A stretch of DNA of 64,000 bases. It comes from Podarcis muralis (taxonomy: Eukaryota). Positions within the stretch are counted from its first letter, which is position 1. The number at the start of each line of letters is the position of its first letter. The notes beneath the pieces were generated by a model that saw nothing but the letters and a program-made list of their open reading frames with translations, had not been told where the DNA came from and ran no database searches. The DNA is taken from contig NC_135668.1 in the NCBI RefSeq assembly GCF_964188315.1, positions 22,754,001 through 22,818,000 on the forward strand, given 5' to 3'. The translations under genes were made by a program, and so were the position numbers. Below are positions 1 through 13,500 of the stretch, in pieces.

Positions 1-354
1 TCTATATTGAAGTCAGATGCTTGACATTAATTTCCAATCAAAGTCTTTTGTGTTTGTGTCCCCCCCCCCCCAAGCCTGTCAGAGTTTTAAAACACCCTTG
101 GCATATTTGCTTGCCTTCCTTGCAAGGTTGGCGTCTCTTCCAACCCTTCTTATTTAATTTGCCGCCTTTCCCACACAATTTAACAGCAGGACCAGGATTT
201 TCTTCCAAGTGTTTCTGAGTGCAGTTCTGAGGCGATCTATGTAGCAGTTTGTACACACCCTCTTTGTTTTGGCAGGAGTTTTTCCCAGCTAGACTTGAAT
301 GGCCTTGTAGTGCATCAATGGTGTCTGGCTCTGGACTGACCTATCTTGAGAAAT

Positions 355-537
355 GCTGTAGCTGAATGGTAGAGCGCTTGCTTTGCAAGCAGAAGGTCCC
401 AGGTTCAATCCCCAGCATCTCCAGGTAGGACTGGAAGAGATCTTGTTCTGAAATCCTGGAAAGTCCCTGCCAGTCAGTGTAGTCAGTACTGAACTAGATG
501 GATCAATGGTCTGGCTCAGTATGGCAGCATCCTGTGT
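355..537 (+). mobile_element. tRNA-Ala-derived SINE (Squam2-like)
   Basis: Head gctgtagctgaatggtagagcgcttgctttgcaagcagaaggtcccaggttcaatccccagcatctcca resembles tRNA-Ala(UGC); shared 3' body ...gcagcttcctatgt. Confidence 0.8.
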
Positions 538-1329
538 CTGGTAGAAGGATACATTTGAAATTGCATTCACATGCTTCTAAGTTATTTTAATGATAACAGT
601 AGAAGAAGCCCCAGCTGCAGAGGTTCTTGTGCTTTCACTGTACAGTCCCTTCCCAGCAGACATGTTTATAGTTTTTCAAAGAGAGAAGGAGTTAGGGAGT
701 GCTCTGTTAGTAGACCTTGCAGCTTGGGTGAGTTAGATTCAAAGGCTTTATTCATGCAGGAACTATTTAAAGGATGAGTGGAGATAGGAGAGAAGTAGCA
801 GACATTTTGTCTAGAGAGGACAGCAAACAAAAAAACAGGTTTTAGGGATGGAGTTAACTTAGACAGAGTGGCTTACAAATTGCTAGGTTGCTACACAAAC
901 AGTGCCCTCATGTAGTTTAAACCAACACATGTATTAACTACAAACTCAGGAGAAGGAATTATTTGCTTTTCTCCAACACACTCTTCCTGTTTGAGATGGA
1001 TGCAAAGAGGAGGTGAAAAAGGAAGTGGGAGAGAGCATCACTCTTCCAGTTTCCAATAGGAGAAGGGTAGGGCTGGGCAAGATCCAGTGGAGAGCATCTG
1101 CCAGTCAGTATAGACAATACTGAGCTGACACACTATACAGCAACTTCCTATGTCACTGTCCCATGCAGTGTGCAGTCCTAGAATGGTGGGCTTGTTCTTT
1201 CTCTCCCAGAGGCCTGCAGCCTCCTTAGCCTCTGTTGTGAACCATCTGTTCCACAAGGACTGGTCTGGAGAGAATTCATTTAACCCTAAACCTAGCTATT
1301 TTTTGTGTGTGATGGCAAGGACGTTAGAG

Positions 1330-1670
1330 CAAGAGTGGGCAACCTTATATAGCTGGAGGGCTGCATTTGCTTCCGGGCAAGCTTTCAAGAACCACATGCC
1401 AGTGGTGAGCAGAGCTAGAGGCAAAAGTGGGTGGGGCAACAAATGTAAAGCTTACCTTTGCACATTGCACCAGCTTCTACCCTTCTCTGTCCTGCATCCA
1501 GGCATGCAAGAAGCTTCATCAGAGTGCAAGGGATGCATTTCAGCCAGGCAAAAAACCACGGGGTGCAATGCATAACTGTTGAAGGGGTATGACCTCAGGA
1601 GAGTTCTGACGGTCAAATAGAGGTCTGGAGGGCTGCATTTGGCCATCAGGACTGATATTTCCCGCCTCTG
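1330..1670. mobile_element. Degraded hAT-like non-autonomous element
   Basis: CAAGAGTGGGCAACC left end, repeated ctggagggctgcattt, and ttcccgcctctg right end. Confidence 0.5.
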
Positions 1671-2269
1671 GGATGCAGGCATCATTATCTGTTTATGCAG
1701 AACCACAGAAACCTAAGTACAAGTTGTTTAATGCATTTAAAGACATCTAATATATAGATTTTATAGTACACTTAAAGTTTTAAATACAGTTTAAAATGGA
1801 AAGGTTTTCCTGCTTGATTCAGTAGATTGCATAAACTGTTCCCATTCTGTAACAGCTGCCACATTCCACAGAAAGTTGTGTGATTGCAAATTCCCTTGGG
1901 ATGCTGTCTCCTGTATTGCTTAGAAGGCATTTTTTCCCAAAGCCAGCCTTGTTTAATAGCATTGGTGAACTACATTTTACCCCTGCTTTCTTGTTGATCA
2001 GCCTTAGCTGGGAGTTGCCAACCTGTTTAGACCTGAGGGCACATTTGATTTTTTGAGTGAGCACCATGGGCAACACCCTCTGGGTCCACTTCCCTTCCTT
2101 CGGATCAGCCTCCCACCCGAGACAGAAAGAGTGAGACGATGCATTCATGTGTTTCACTTTTCCAAGCTGTATCCAGTAGAATTAATCTGAACCTCAAGAA
2201 GCACATAGACCTGAAAGAGGAAGTGGGAAAGAAGGGCAGTCTTCCAACTCGCTCCTTCAGCTCTAAGTA

Positions 2270-2438
2270 CAGTGGAACCTCGAGTTGCGGATGTAATCCG
2301 TCCCGGAGACACATCCACAACTTGAAGTGTTCGCATCCAGGAGCGCCGCGTCTGTGCACGCGATTTAGCGCTTCTGCACATGCGTGAGCGGCGAAACCCA
2401 GGAGTAACCTGAAGCGGATGCAACATAAAGTATGACTG
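2270..2438. mobile_element. Tc1/mariner-type MITE
   Basis: TA|CAGTGGAACCTC...GTATGACTG|TA; degenerate TIRs. Confidence 0.7.
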
Positions 2439-2499
2439 TAGTTGTTATGGGAGGAAAAAAATAACCGCCCTCAACAGCCTTGTGACCAAGAGGACAGTG

Positions 2500-2833
2500 A
2501 ATAATAATAATAATTTATACCCCGCCCATCTGGCTGAGTTCCCCCAACCACTCTGGACAGCTTCCAACAAAATATTAAAATACAATGGTTTGTTAAACAT
2601 CAAAAGCTTCCCTAAACAGGGCTGCCTTCAGATGTCTTCTAAAAGTCAGATAGTTGCTTATTTCCTTGACATCTGGTGGGAGGGCATTCCACAGGGCGGG
2701 GCCACTACTGAGAAAGCCCTCTGCCTGGTTCCCTGTAACCTCACTTCTCGCAGCGAGGGAACAGCCAGAAGGCCCTCAGAGCTGGACCTCAGTGTCTGGG
2801 CAGAACAATGGGGGTGGAGACACTCCTTCAGGT
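2500..2833 (-). mobile_element. L2-clade LINE 3' end with (TTA)n tail
   Basis: Homologous to the copies at 5255 and 19372 (aagcttccctaaacagggctgccttcagatgtcttc core). Confidence 0.85.
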
Positions 2834-4109
2834 GAAGGATGGTTGGGGAAGCTCAGAGGCTTTATGGGTGGCAGGGAAGACCTCAAGGGCGTCATTGCAC
2901 TCAAGGGTGCCATGTTGGCGACCCCTGATCTGCTTCTTCCCTAAGACACAAATGGACAACCCGTGAGCAGCATGTGGCCCCTGGACTCTCTCTGCATGGC
3001 CCACTAAGTCCCAGGAGAGCTCTGCCCATCTTTCCCAGCTGCGTAGCTGATTAGCTATCTGCTGAACAGTGGTGAAAAGAAAAGAAGGGAAGACTCCAAA
3101 TACACCACAAAATATGATTTTAGGTCTATCAAGACCTGATCGTCATGCTATAGAAACTCAATGGATAGCTGAAGCTCAGACCACCTTTACTGCTGAAGAA
3201 AAGCATGGGGAAGTGGTTAGAGAGAGCCTTCACTGTCTTCTTTAAAAGCTGCTGGAAGCATCTGGCTGACTGCTGTTGGAAACAGAATGTTGGGTTAGAT
3301 GGATTTTTGGTATGATCCAGTAAGGCACTTCTTGTGGTCTCCACAACTCCCTCCAAAATTGTGTGATATGGTGCAGAACGTTTCAGTGGTCTTTCAGTTT
3401 TGATTACTGAAAACATATTTCATCTGGAAGCACAAATAGGATTGGTAGTCTGTTAAATGTCCTAAACCAGATCTATGTTTGATTCCACCCCTCCTTTCAG
3501 TACAGGCTCCTTTCCTTTCCTTCATTTGTTTGTTCATTCCTCCCCTTCCATTCTCTTCCCTTTCCTTCCTCCTTTTCTCCTTTCTTTTTCATTTTGTGAG
3601 CTTGAGGCCTTTTCATAACCGAATGCAACTTAAAATTCCCCCCCCCATACAACCCCTTTACATTAATACATAGATTTGCTGTAAGTAGCCAGCCCCCTCA
3701 GATGGCAGACAACTTATTTACAGTTCGTGAGTTTGGATTTGTGAGTTCAGAAAACAGCTCTACTGTGCAAGGCCATTCCTGATGGATTGTTAGGAAAGTG
3801 CTTGGTCAATCCTAATAAATCTGCCAGCAGCCTTAGTCATCTTCCAGAGAACGAAGTTCAGTGAAAGCTTAGATATCATCTTCAAGATATACTGGGACAC
3901 TTAAAGAGTTGTCTTGATCCAATGAGAAATGCCACATAGATCAACTGCGAAAGCTGCAGCAGACGCAACTCCACTGATTGCTTAACCATGGTTAAGCAAT
4001 CAGAACGTTCCCCACTCTATTCCAGAGCACAAATTTCTCCTTTGGGACCTAACAAAGAGTTCAGCACTGTATCACCAACTGTGTTAACTACAATTAGTCT
4101 CACTATGTT

Positions 4110-4275
4110 GAGCCTTAGTTCAGTGGTAGAACATGTGCTTTGCACGCAGAAGGTCCCTATGTTCAGTTCCCCAGCATCTCCAGGTTATCTCCCTTAGACC
4201 TTCTGCCAATCAGTATAGAGCAAGGCTATGGACCTGGGTCTGGTCAGTGGGCCAAGCTGATCAGGTAGGTGAAGC
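4110..4275 (+). mobile_element. tRNA-Ala SINE, degraded (further copies or fragments at ~1067-1153, 4530-4585, 8704-8832, 10625-10680, 17070-17121, 26975-27155, 30706-30790, 42490-42545)
   Basis: tagttcagtggtagaacatgtgctttgcacgcagaaggtccc head. Confidence 0.7.
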
Positions 4276-4792
4276 CTTGCACTTGTCAATCACCCGTGCC
4301 ATAGGGAAGTCACATGACTTCAGAAGCCTCTTTCTTGTGCAGTGCTTTGAAAGGGGCTTCTGAAGATCCCATAAATCAGCTGGCTGTTACCTTCTCCATA
4401 CCTGACATCATGTATGATGTCAGGCGTAGGGCAGGGGGGCGAGGCTTGACTGAAATGGCCTTATGGGCCAAATGGGGGAAGCCTGGTGGACCTGATGAGG
4501 CCCGAGGGCTGGATTTTCCCTACCCCTGGAGTAGACAACACTCATCCAGTGGTCTGATTCGGTAGAAGGCAGCTTCCTATGTTCTTGGAGTCTCCACTTA
4601 ACCCAAGATTGGAAGCGATTGCTTGACATTTATACAGTGCTTCAGAGCGTTCGAAGCTCTTCACATATCTTACCTTATTATTGTATTTGCAACAGCCCTG
4701 TACGGTTGGCCTAAGGCCACTTAACATGTTCACAGCAGAGGCAAAAACCTCAACTGCAAGCTTCTTAGTTGTTTTCTTCTGTGTTCTAATTA

Positions 4793-4803
4793 TGTGTGTG
4801 TGT

Positions 4804-4842
<39 letters not shown>
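4793..4842. repeat. (TG)n microsatellite
   Basis: Direct reading; one interruption. Confidence 0.97.
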
Positions 4843-4845
<3 letters not shown>

Positions 4846-5254
4846 TAATTGGTTTATAATCATAAGAGGCGTAGAAGCCACTTGGCAATTAAGTGAGAGA
4901 CTGAGCAATAAATAAATAAATGCAATTTTCGTGTTCTATACTATCCTTCCTTCTCTTTACTCTGACTAATAATGCATATGTAGCCAGAATGGCATCACCT
5001 GCCCACCAGTGCAGGAGGGATCAGCAAGACTAGGGAAGAACCCAGAAGTTTGCAGATGCGCAATAAAATAAAATAAATATCATTTGGGTCAGGGACCTAA
5101 GTGGGTAGGAGAGAGGAGTCAAAGCAGCCAGATAAGGACTGAGAATACTTCACAGCCTTAGAGTGCTAACTGACTGTTTGGAAAGGAAACTGAACATGGT
5201 GGAATTGAGTGGCTGGTACCCTGCATGCAACATTTTGTTGGAAGCTCCCATTTC

Positions 5255-5299
<45 letters not shown>

Positions 5300-5640
5300 T
5301 TATTTATACCCCGTCCATCTGGCTGGGCTTCCCCAGCCACTCTGGGCGGCTTCCAACAAAATATTAAGATACAGTAATGCATCAAACTTTAAAAGCTTCC
5401 CTAAACAGGGCTGCCTTCAGATGTCTTCCAAAAGTCTGGTAGTTGTTGTTCTCTTTGACATCTTGTGGGAGGGCATTCCATAGGGTGCCACTACCGAGAA
5501 GGCCCTCTGCCTGGTTCTCTGTAACTTGGCTTCTCGCAGTGAGGGAACCGCCAGAAGGCCCTCGGTGCTGGACCTCAGTGTCTGGGTAGAATGATGGGGA
5601 TGGAGGCAATCCTTCAGATATACTGGACCAAGGCCGTTTA
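5255..5640 (-). mobile_element. L2-clade LINE 3' end with long (AAT)n microsatellite tail
   Basis: Same family; tail at 5255-5299. Confidence 0.87.
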
Positions 5641-6150
5641 CTGTGCTGCACTCTACTGTACCACTAAACAACATCAGCGCATTCAGCTTTTCCTTTGCGT
5701 AGATTGTTGGACCGTGGCAAAATGTTTATTCGAAAGGCAGCCCAGAGTATTTGGTGTGTGCTTTTTCAAAAAATTACCGGTATTGTTGAAATTCTCTTGC
5801 TACAGAGACTGGAAGCCTCTGGAAGTGCAGATTTAGCAACCTTTGGAGGTTTAACTGTTTCACTGTTTAGAAACCCCATGAAGCAATTAATGGTTTCACG
5901 GGGAGCTTGTCTGGCATTTCTAATCTTTACAACCCTGCTGGCTCAAATATGACATAATTCCATAAATGCTTTAAGAACACAAGGCTGATAGCTGACGGTT
6001 CACTTATCTCCTCAAGTTCCCTTTTTGCATGGAATGCTTTTGGGGTTGCTGTGCCCCAGGTAATGATTGATCTCCTTTAGGCATCACGCACGTGCGCACA
6101 CACTGAGATCGTCCGGGGAGAGGTTGAGTGTGGACCTTAGCATCCACATA

Positions 6151-6392
6151 CAGTGGTACCTCGGGTTACATACGCATCAGGTTACATAAGCTTCAGGTTA
6201 CAGACTCCGCTAACCCAGAAATAGTGCTTCAGGTTAAGAACTTTGCTTCAGGATGAGAACAGAAATCGTGCTCCAGCGGCGTGGCGGCAACAGGAGGCCC
6301 CATTAGCTAAAGTGGTGCTTCAGGTTAAGAACAGTTTCAGGTTAAGTACAGACCTCCGGAACGAATTAAGTACTTAACCTGAGGTACCACTG
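6151..6392 (+). mobile_element. Tc1/mariner (Tigger-like) MITE, main family
   Basis: TIR CAGTGGTACCTCGGGTTA. Left TA intact, right TA mutated to CA. Confidence 0.9.
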
Positions 6393-7021
6393 CATTCCCT
6401 CCTTTGGTTTCCCCCTGCACCACTGCTCTCCCAGCAGGGGGAAGCGAATGACCAAACAGGATATTTCATGGTTCTTTGAATATTGGATCTCCTCTGATCC
6501 TCCACAGGGGGTGGGGAGTCTGGCATGGTGGTGGTGGGGATAACATTTGAACAGGCTTTAACCAGAACTGTAAAAAGAAAGGCCTAGCTATGTAATAAAA
6601 TTCTGCTTTGCCCTTTGCCCCAAAGAATTTATTTGTAACCTCCCAGTTCTGTTTAAAGGAGGCTCACAAAAAGATGACCTTATAGGCAAAGTGGGAGGGG
6701 GAGAACAAAGTGAAACAACAAAATAGATATCCGATAAAAAATATTTGCATTGCTGAGCTATGTTGCTCTATAAATGGCCCTGAGATAGCAGCACACCCGT
6801 AAAAAAAAACAAGCCTCTGCATATCTCGAAAAGCTTTGATAGTCTGGCATCAGCTGAAGTTGGCTTAATAATAGATAGCACCTTAACTGTTTGTTTCACT
6901 GTGTGATTTCCACACCCCATGCAAAACTGTGTTTCAAAAGTATTTTCTCTTGCTTTCGGTAGTATGGTAAAATGAATAATTCTAATGGAAGCACCAGAAG
7001 GAGGAAGACTTGGGATGAAAT

Positions 7022-7460
7022 GGGACGTGTCCAGAGGAGGGCAACCCAAATGGTCAAAGGCCTGGAAACGATGCCTTATGAGGAACAGCTAAGGGAGCTG
7101 GGCATGTTTAGCCTGGAGAAGAGGAGGTTAAGGGGTGATATGTTCAAATATATAAAAGGATGTCATATAGAGGAGGGAGAAAGGTTGTTTTCTGCTGCTC
7201 CAGAGAAGCGGACACGGAGCAATGGATCCAAACTACAAGAAAGAAGATTCCACCTAAACATTAGGAAGAACTTCCTGACAGTAAGAGCTGTTCGACAGTG
7301 GAATTTGCTGCCAAGGAGTGTGGTGGAGTCTCCTTCTTTGGAGGTCTTTAAGCAGAGGCTTGACAACCATATGTCAGGAGTGCTCTGATGGTGTTTCCTG
7401 CTTGGCAGGGGGTTGGACTCAATGGCCCTTGTGGTCTATTCCAACTCTATGATTCTATGA
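7022..7460 (+). mobile_element. CR1 LINE 3' end
   Basis: Encodes [13 protein letters not shown]...[12 protein letters not shown]...[10 protein letters not shown] and ends in the CR1 ATTCTATG-type terminal repeat. Possible 7-bp TSD atgaaat (7015-7021 / 7457-7463). Confidence 0.95.
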
Positions 7461-7604
7461 AATATTGAAGTGGAGTCAGACCCTTCAGCCCACCTTGTCT
7501 TGTTCTGTGTACCCCAGCCATATCCAACCTGGTGCCCTTCTGATGTTTTTGGACTACAATTCCCAGCAGTCCTGCCAGGCGTGGCCATTGATCAGGGATG
7601 ATTA

Positions 7605-7848
7605 GGGTTGATTATCCATTGGTCCATTTAGCTCAGTACTGTCTGCACCAACTGGCAGCAGCTCTGCTGGGATTCAGGAAGGAATCTCTCCCAGTCGTAT
7701 CGGGAGATGCTGGGGATTGAACCTGTGGCCTTCTGCATGCAAAGCAGATGCTCTGCCAACTGAACTATGGCCCTTCCCATGCCGTTTTAAAACTGGATTG
7801 AACCCGCGGTCTTCTGTGTGCCAAGCATGTGCTCTGCCACTGAACTCC
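7605..7848 (-). mobile_element. Two tandem tRNA-Ala SINE (Squam2-like) copies
   Basis: Reverse complement of the 355-537 family, followed by a second head at ~7790-7848. Confidence 0.7.
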
Positions 7849-8834
7849 AGCCCCCCCCCCTACAGAGTATTTTCTGCCTCTCTCTATTAAACCTAACACT
7901 CCTTCAGTTCCTTTACGTATGACCTTCAGGCGATTTTGTTCCAGTTCCAGCCAAGAAAAACACTTTTTTTGTGACTTGCACATGTGGGGTATGGAAAAGA
8001 CTGGAGCATTAACTGGAAGAGCCTTATTAAAACCAGCTCTGTTTATATCAATCTGGAATGGAGCTGCAAACGATGGAAGAAATATATTTATATGGGGTTT
8101 TATCCAGTGCTAGTTCTACTCCAGGGTAGGACTGAACTACTGCAGGTTCATTCATTTGTTAACTGACACAAAACTAAAACACTGCATTTGGTGTGGCAAT
8201 ACTATTTAACATTATTTTTAAAAGCTGCTGGTTGGATACGTTTCTGGGCTGCTACACTTCATACTGGTGGTTCCTGTGATGGAATGCTTCTACATTTTAA
8301 AGAATTCCTTGAATATAGAACATTAGCATGTTAGAAATCCTTTCCCCTGACACACTAGCTTTCTGTCTGCAGGGAATGCTTTTGTACGGAAGAGTGTTCC
8401 ATCGCAGAAGCTCCTGTCTGAAATGGTATTGCCCAGACACAAACTTTCTGTCTCAGGGAAAAATAAATATTAGTTGGAAGAGGGGAACTTGGATGGGCTT
8501 GCTCTTAACTGGACTCTTTCTGCCCTTCTGATCATTTCTAACAAGTTGCAAAATGAAGCATACATTTATTCTTTCTCCCCTTCCTCTCAAATTCTTCCTA
8601 AATGTCTACGTATGGACGAAATTCAATTGTACCTCTAAGGGCGTTCCAGAGCTTCAGTTCCTTTTAGGGACTTTTAGGTCCCTTAGGACTTCCCTGGGGA
8701 TGAGCAGTAGCTTGGTGAATAGCACACATGCGTTGCATGCAAAATGTCCCAGGTTCAATAGCCGACACCTCAAGGTCAGGCTGGGAGTGTCCAGTGTCTG
8801 AGCCATTGCCAGTTAGTGTAGACAGATGGACCAA

Positions 8835-9195
8835 TTTTATTTATTTAACAAAATTTATATATCGTTTGGTTGAAGGAAACTTCTAAGCAGTTTATAAGAA
8901 ACATAAAATAAAACATTAAAATTGTTGATTTAAAAACGGGTATTTAACTGTAAAGAAATAAACCACATTTAACTTCTACGTGTCTGGATGCACTTGCCTA
9001 AACAGAAATGTTTTAAGCACTCACTGAAAAGAATACATTAGAGGTTCCTGGTTGATGTCAACAGGCAGGGAGTTCCAAAGTTTAGGTGCTGCCACACGGA
9101 AAGATTGATTTCTTACAACTGTGGAATGAGTATTATGTGGCACCTGCTCTTCTTTGCAAATGTGAGCAGCTGATATGACTGTGCGTCTTAGGTAC
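8835..9195 (-). mobile_element. Older L2-like LINE 3' end
   Basis: (TTTA)n tail and gggagttccaaagtttaggtgctgccacac core shared with 48805-49290. Confidence 0.65.
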
Positions 9196-9377
9196 TTTAA
9201 ATTTTCAAATTAAATTCTATAGTGTGTGCAGATTAGGCAGGTGAGGATTATTTTTTTAAAATCTTGCATAATTTATAAGGCCTTTTTTATTATTGAGAAC
9301 ACAAAATACATAATAAAAACATAACCCCGCTCCCATTTCTTTGGAATATATGCCCAGCCAAATGCTGCTGCTCATTA

Positions 9378-9716
9378 CAGTGGTGCCTCGCAAGACGAAA
9401 TTAATTCGTTCCGCGAGTTTTGTCGTCTTGCGATTTTTTTCGTCTTGCGAAGCACGGTGTCGGGAAAGTTTTGGAAAAGCTTCAAAAATCACCAAAGTCT
9501 TTAAAAACCTCAAAAAAGGCTACCACACCGCGTTCTATGAGTTGCTCCTCGAAGTCAAGTCGCAACTGTATTAACGGTGTTAAGAAAAAGGAAACAAACT
9601 TGCAAGACGTTTCCGTCTTGCGAAGCAAGCCCATAGGGAAAATCGTCTTGCGAAGCAGCTCAAAAAACAAAAAACCCTTTCGTCTTGCGAGGCATTCGTC
9701 TTGCGAGGTACCACTG
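9378..9716. mobile_element. Tc1/mariner MITE with CGTCTTGCG internal repeats
   Basis: TA-flanked, TIR CAGTGGT(G/A)CCTCGCAAGACGAA. Confidence 0.9.
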
Positions 9717-9895
9717 TACTTGTGCTCACCTATTAATAAAAAGTACCAACTTTAAAATGTTTGCATCCCTAACTGGTAACACAGAATCAAGTTTGCCTGT
9801 ATGCACCTATGTAAATGCTAACATCTGAGCTTCTGTTTGGAGTAAATGAGTAAGACTGCCCTTCAGTTTTAGTATTCTCATTGACTAGCAGAATT

Positions 9896-9937
9896 AATTG
9901 ATTGATTGGTTGGTTGGTTGGTTGGTTGGTTGATTGT
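9896..9937. repeat. Compound (TTGA)n/(TTGG)n microsatellite
   Basis: Direct reading. Confidence 0.92.
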
Positions 9938-10371
9938 TTTTAATCAGTGGCATGTACTTGCATTTCTTGTATTTTATGTAGTAATAGGAAACCGTCCTTG
10001 GATGAGTTGACGAGATGAAGGGCAGTCTACAAAATTTAAAAAATAATAAAAATCCCTCTGAGCTTTGAGATTTAAGCAGGCACTACCCTTTCAGACATGC
10101 CTTTGCAGCCATGATGACTAGAAGTCTGGACAGACGAAAGAAAGTATATTACGAGGTGCATCGTTAAAACAATGGAATCTGTTTCCCCCAAATGTAGTGA
10201 AGGTAATCAACTTGGATGGATTAGACAAACGTGTGGAGAATAAGGCTATCCGATGGCTACTAACCATGATGGTTATATTTCACCTCTGCTGTCAGAGGCT
10301 CTGAATACTAGTTACTGGGAGTCACAAGTAGGCAGAGTGCGGTGGCACTCATGTGCAGGCAAACCCTAAGG

Positions 10372-10553
10372 CAGGCATGACCAAAGTCCGTTTTGGTCTA
10401 ATCCGGTCCCAGCAGCAGTTTATTTCCTGGGGTAAAATCCTAAAAAAACCTGAACAACTTAAATCCTAAAAAAAGGTTTGCCCTTTGGTTGGCCCTCACA
10501 GCCCTTCCCTTCATCAAATCTGGCCCTCTTTGAAAAAAGTTTGGACACCACAG
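10372..10553. mobile_element. hAT-type MITE nested in a CR1 3' tail
   Basis: CAGGCATGACCAAAGT left end and AAAAGTTTGGACACC right end. Imperfect 8-bp TSD ccctaagg / agctaagg. The CR1 tail resumes after it. Confidence 0.65.
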
Positions 10554-13500
10554 AGCTAAGGCATCTGGTTGGCCACTATGAGAACAGGAAACTTGACTAG
10601 ATTGCAGATCCTTCCATGCGGAAGGCTGATTTAGGACATAGGAAACTGCCTTTTGCTGAGTCAAACCATTGGCCCATATAGTTTGGGGTTAGCTCTGAAT
10701 ATGTGGTGCAGGAAGAACAGGATGCTGGACTTGATGGGCTTTCTCGGCCTGATCCAACAGGACTCTTCTTATGCCCTTGTGCATCATCTTAACCTGCACT
10801 TATATGGAAGACAAGTTTCCCTGGCCTCTGAATTCTGCACCCCACCCATGTTGCATTCTCTGGGATTTCGGCTCGCCTGTGAAATCACAGCCATATAGGC
10901 AGCCCTGGAAATCCATTGGCTTTGGAACAGGAACAGTACAGATGGCTGTCTGAATGAAAAGTCATGCTTGGCCGTGTGCCGAAATGCTTGAAAGTCAGAG
11001 ATAGAGACCACAGAATGAGCAATAAGTTGGATTCTTAATAGGTAACGTCAGCGCCTAGAAAATCTCCTGCAAGAAGCAAGTCAGTCTCAAATTTTGGTTA
11101 TTTTTAATTTTCTCTCTCTCGTTATTTTTGGATCTTTGTACTAAAGCTTTCCTGGCAGCTTTGCCCAGTGCTTCAGTTGTCACTCTTCTCTGGTGATTAT
11201 ACCCTTCCGATGCTGTCATCCTTACCCTATACCTCACTTACCAAAACTGTACCCTTCCATCTTTTCTCTCCTTTCCCCACTCTCTCTTTCACATGATTTA
11301 GGTTTGCTGTCCTGCTGTTAAGCCTGTAATAGCTAGACAACAGACCTTATGCTTTGGCCTAAAACCACTCTGGGGTTCTGTCGGGCCACCAACATGACTT
11401 TCGGTAGAAACTTGAAGTCGCATCAGAGCCCGCGCTGTGGGTGCTCAGCACCCACAAATTTGTTTTGTGGGTGCCTGGGTCCCCAGGGGCCCCTATAGTT
11501 GGTGCCTGTGCTTTGGACCGTGATAATAATCTCTTGCTTTCCTGGGCGTGAGATGTGCGCATGTGCAGAAACCTCTGGCTTTTGCACAGCTGGATTGTGG
11601 CCTGCTGTACAGGCGTCGAGTCACAGTTGTTGCTCCACTCACCCCTGTCTTGTGCTCTCACCACCATCACCAAAAAAGAGGAAATGTCCTATAAGGGAAT
11701 GCAGCTCCTGGACTGGAAAAAAGTTCCCCACCGCTGCTCTAACTCATGCTCGTTTCAACCAGACCCAGAACATACGACATCCCCATTCCCCCCCCCCCCC
11801 TCATATGGAAAGGGTGCAATCTTGCCAAGCATTCTTGCTATGTAACAACATTTTGTGTGGTTTGCAATGGAGCAGTCCTCTGTGGGTTGTGTTCAAATTA
11901 ATAGCCTTGTTTAGTTTGAAAGATGAGCTCGTCTTCTTCTTGTAAGTGATCACTGTGAAAGGTTTACAAAGCAGTTCTTGATTTACAATGTGCTTTCCAG
12001 TCTTCCTCTTCTTTTGAGGTTGAAAACACACACTAAGAAATCAGGTTGCATCTCTATGTCAGGTACAGCAAACCCAAAGCTCTTTCTTCAGGTCCCAGGA
12101 CCTGAATCCAAATTGCCCTGATCTGAGAGCCAGGCCCACTCTACACAAATCTATTGTAAAACAGAAAATTCCAAAAGGATTGCATTGATTTTTGGCAACC
12201 CTTTGGAAGACAACGAGGACCATAAAGCATGGACAGAGCTGATGTTCATACTGGTTCAGCTTTTTAGCTGTAGTCTTCTAATGGCAAATTAATGGTTAAC
12301 AATTGCCCTCTATGCAGCAAAACATCCTGTGCAATTGCAAATGGCTGTTAGAACCATATAAGACCACCCCTAAAAGTTAACCAGATGGAACAAAGCACCT
12401 CGACACAAAACAAAAATAGTTTACTACAAAGTACGTCAATGGTTTGATAAACAATCTGCTGATAAGTGCAAGATCCAGTCAAGATAGTTGTTGCGTATTA
12501 CCAGATGGTAAAACCAATGGTAATAATTTACCATCCATTGATGAGCATAATCTGTTGGTTATGCAGACTTCTGTTCAGTCTACAAATATTTCAGAGCCAG
12601 CTGCCATTAGTTTGGACAGATTTCTGCCCTGGTGTTATCTGCTGCAACGCCCTGCAATGCAGTTGCTGCTTTCACAACATTCAAAAGAAAAGTCAAATAG
12701 TTCTCTTTTTTTTCTTCAAGAAAAAAAAGTCCGCCAAGATCTTCTTCAGTTTAGACTGTCAAACCCAATGCCCTGCAGCCAGCGGTAGATTGGAATTATA
12801 TAAGAAAAGGGTGTGTTATAGCTTTCCTCAGGCTGAAAGTAAGTCTTCACTTCTTTTTAAGGTGAACAAGTCAACTTGGATGAGAGCTGTGTTCTTGAAT
12901 TTGCAGTGATCTGCTCTGTGTTTCTTGGAGATGTTGGTATTAATTAAAATGGTTAACCGAAACATCAACTTTTTGTCAGCCTTGGCTTCCCAAAGGAAGT
13001 AAATTGTCACCAATTTTACCTGCCTTTAGGATTTCCAAGAGAAAGCCTGTTATTAATGGGCATTAACAACACTGGTGGCCTACTAATTACACTGTTCATT
13101 AAATAGCCTTTAAGTTATGTTGCTGCAAGCAGAAACCTGGGCTCAAAAGGCTTGTTTCTACTTAATAACAGAAAGGGTGGGGAAAGAAAGAGATCAGTTT
13201 CAACAGTGGAGATGGGGAATTGGAATAGTTAGGTCAGTGGTGAGGAAATTCCTCACCCAATGGTAAGGAAATCAGCCTTGGTCTGGAACCTGTGGTCCAT
13301 GGGCCAAATTAAGTGAGGGGGAACTCTTAATTAAAATAATAATAATTTCAATTAAATGTTAATTGTTACGTATTAAAAAAAAATGACAAGCTGAACATCC
13401 CCCTTTACCCAGCTCATAGTTCAGATCTCAATAATAGTAGGAAAGTTCATATGAGCACTGAAGTAGAGTGTCCAAAATTTGGTGATGTCAATACAAAGGA

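Noticed and set aside
355-425. tRNA-like sequences (Ala- and Ile-like)
   Set aside because: Each continues into a SINE body and carries stem mismatches; none is called a tRNA gene.
5158-5483. ORFs with poly-Ile/Leu/Thr, VC or RE runs (also at 21257-21619, 23887-24421, 36987-37274, 38173-38596)
   Set aside because: Translations of microsatellites.
6430-6446. CTCF-like CCAGCAGGGGGAAG
   Set aside because: Lacks the conserved C/GC at the 3' end of the core; a chance-level match.
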